Source: a virus (taxonomy: Duplodnaviria; Heunggongvirae; Uroviricota; Caudoviricetes). Taken from it: a stretch of DNA of 37,522 bases. The notes under the pieces are model-generated. The model was not told where the DNA came from. It did no database searches and saw nothing but the letters and a program-made list of their open reading frames with translations. This document shows, piece by piece, positions 37,105 through 37,522 of the stretch; positions within the stretch are counted from its first letter, which is position 1, and every line of letters begins with the position of its first letter. Made by a program: the position numbers and the translations under genes. Where the stretch lies: IMG/VR virus record IMGVR_UViG_3300029068_000003; one strand, written 5' to 3'.

Positions 37105-37128
37105 TAATAAATTTAACAAACTACGGCA

Positions 37129-37522
37129 TTACATGTTCTTTATGATCGCGTCACCAAACTCGCTACATTTCAGCAGCTTAGCGCCTTCCATCAGACGTTC
37201 GAAGTCATAGGTTACGGTCTTGGCATTGATCGCGCCTTCCATACCTTTAACAATCAGGTCTGCGGCTTCAGTCCAGCCCATATGGCGTAACATCATCTCA
37301 GCGGAGAGAATAATAGAGCCAGGGTTTACTTTGTCCTGACCGGCGTATTTCGGCGCAGTACCGTGGGTGGCTTCAAACAGGGCGCATTCGTCACCGATGT
37401 TTGCTCCAGGGGCGATACCGATACCGCCAACCTGCGCTGCCAGAGCGTCAGAAATGTAGTCACCGTTCAGGTTCATACAGGCGATAACATCATATTCAGC
37501 CGGACGCAGCAGGATCTGTTGC
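37129..37522 (-). CDS. icd: Isocitrate dehydrogenase, C-terminal portion (partial; continues beyond window end)
   Basis: Translation ...[92 protein letters not shown] matches the E. coli Icd C-terminus as recalled; frame stays open to the window edge. Confidence 0.85.
   Translation of the reverse strand, partial: QQILLRPAEYDVIACMNLNGDYISDALAAQVGGIGIAPGANIGDECALFEATHGTAPKYAGQDKVNPGSIILSAEMMLRHMGWTEAADLIVKGMEGAINAKTVTYDFERLMEGAKLLKCSEFGDAIIKNM

Larger units (their letters stand above)
1..37128. mobile_element. Prophage (mosaic: lambdoid regulatory/lysis modules, HK97-type head, Mu/SfV-type contractile tail) integrated next to the icd 3' end; the distal end lies beyond the window start
   Basis: Contiguous phage gene order from tail fiber to integrase, with int/xis adjacent to a truncated icd 3' end; AT-rich cargo islands interrupt the modules. 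Confidence 0.85.

Noticed and set aside
1-37522. CRISPR arrays, tRNA or rRNA genes, IS elements or transposases
   Set aside because: No array of regularly spaced identical repeats, no cloverleaf-like tRNA candidate and no transposase-like ORF were evident; the only tandem repeats are the ori iterons and short operator-like repeats

Overview
Almost the whole window is one temperate prophage, integrated at the 3' end of icd (the e14 / phage-21 type site) in an E. coli/Shigella-like genome. It is mosaic: an HK97-type head and terminase, a Mu/SfV-type contractile tail, and lambdoid lysis, Q, nin-like, replication and immunity modules. Order left to right: partial tail fiber, baseplate, DNA circulation protein, an AT-rich moron, tape measure, frameshifted tail chaperone, tube, sheath, neck, capsid, protease, portal, terminase, cos/HNH, an AT-rich two-gene cassette, spanins/endolysin/holin, a second two-gene cassette (membrane + soluble protein), Q, nin-like genes (DUF968, KilA-N, RusA, LexA-DBD, Dam methylase), replication initiator with internal iterons, CII-like, Cro, CI, early-left genes (YfdP/Q/R-like), xis, int, a large HEPN-NTPase-TPR gene, then the icd 3' end. 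The best candidates for an undescribed or defence-type system are the HEPN-STAND-TPR gene between int and icd (34395..36722), the membrane+soluble cassette between Q and holin (21146..22557, Kiwa-like in architecture), and the unrecognised cassette between HNH and the spanins (18464..19469). All calls rest on reading the sequence and recalled family knowledge; no database search was run. Several ORF-track starts are GTG/TTG; where an in-frame ATG with a Shine-Dalgarno lies just downstream I used it and said so.
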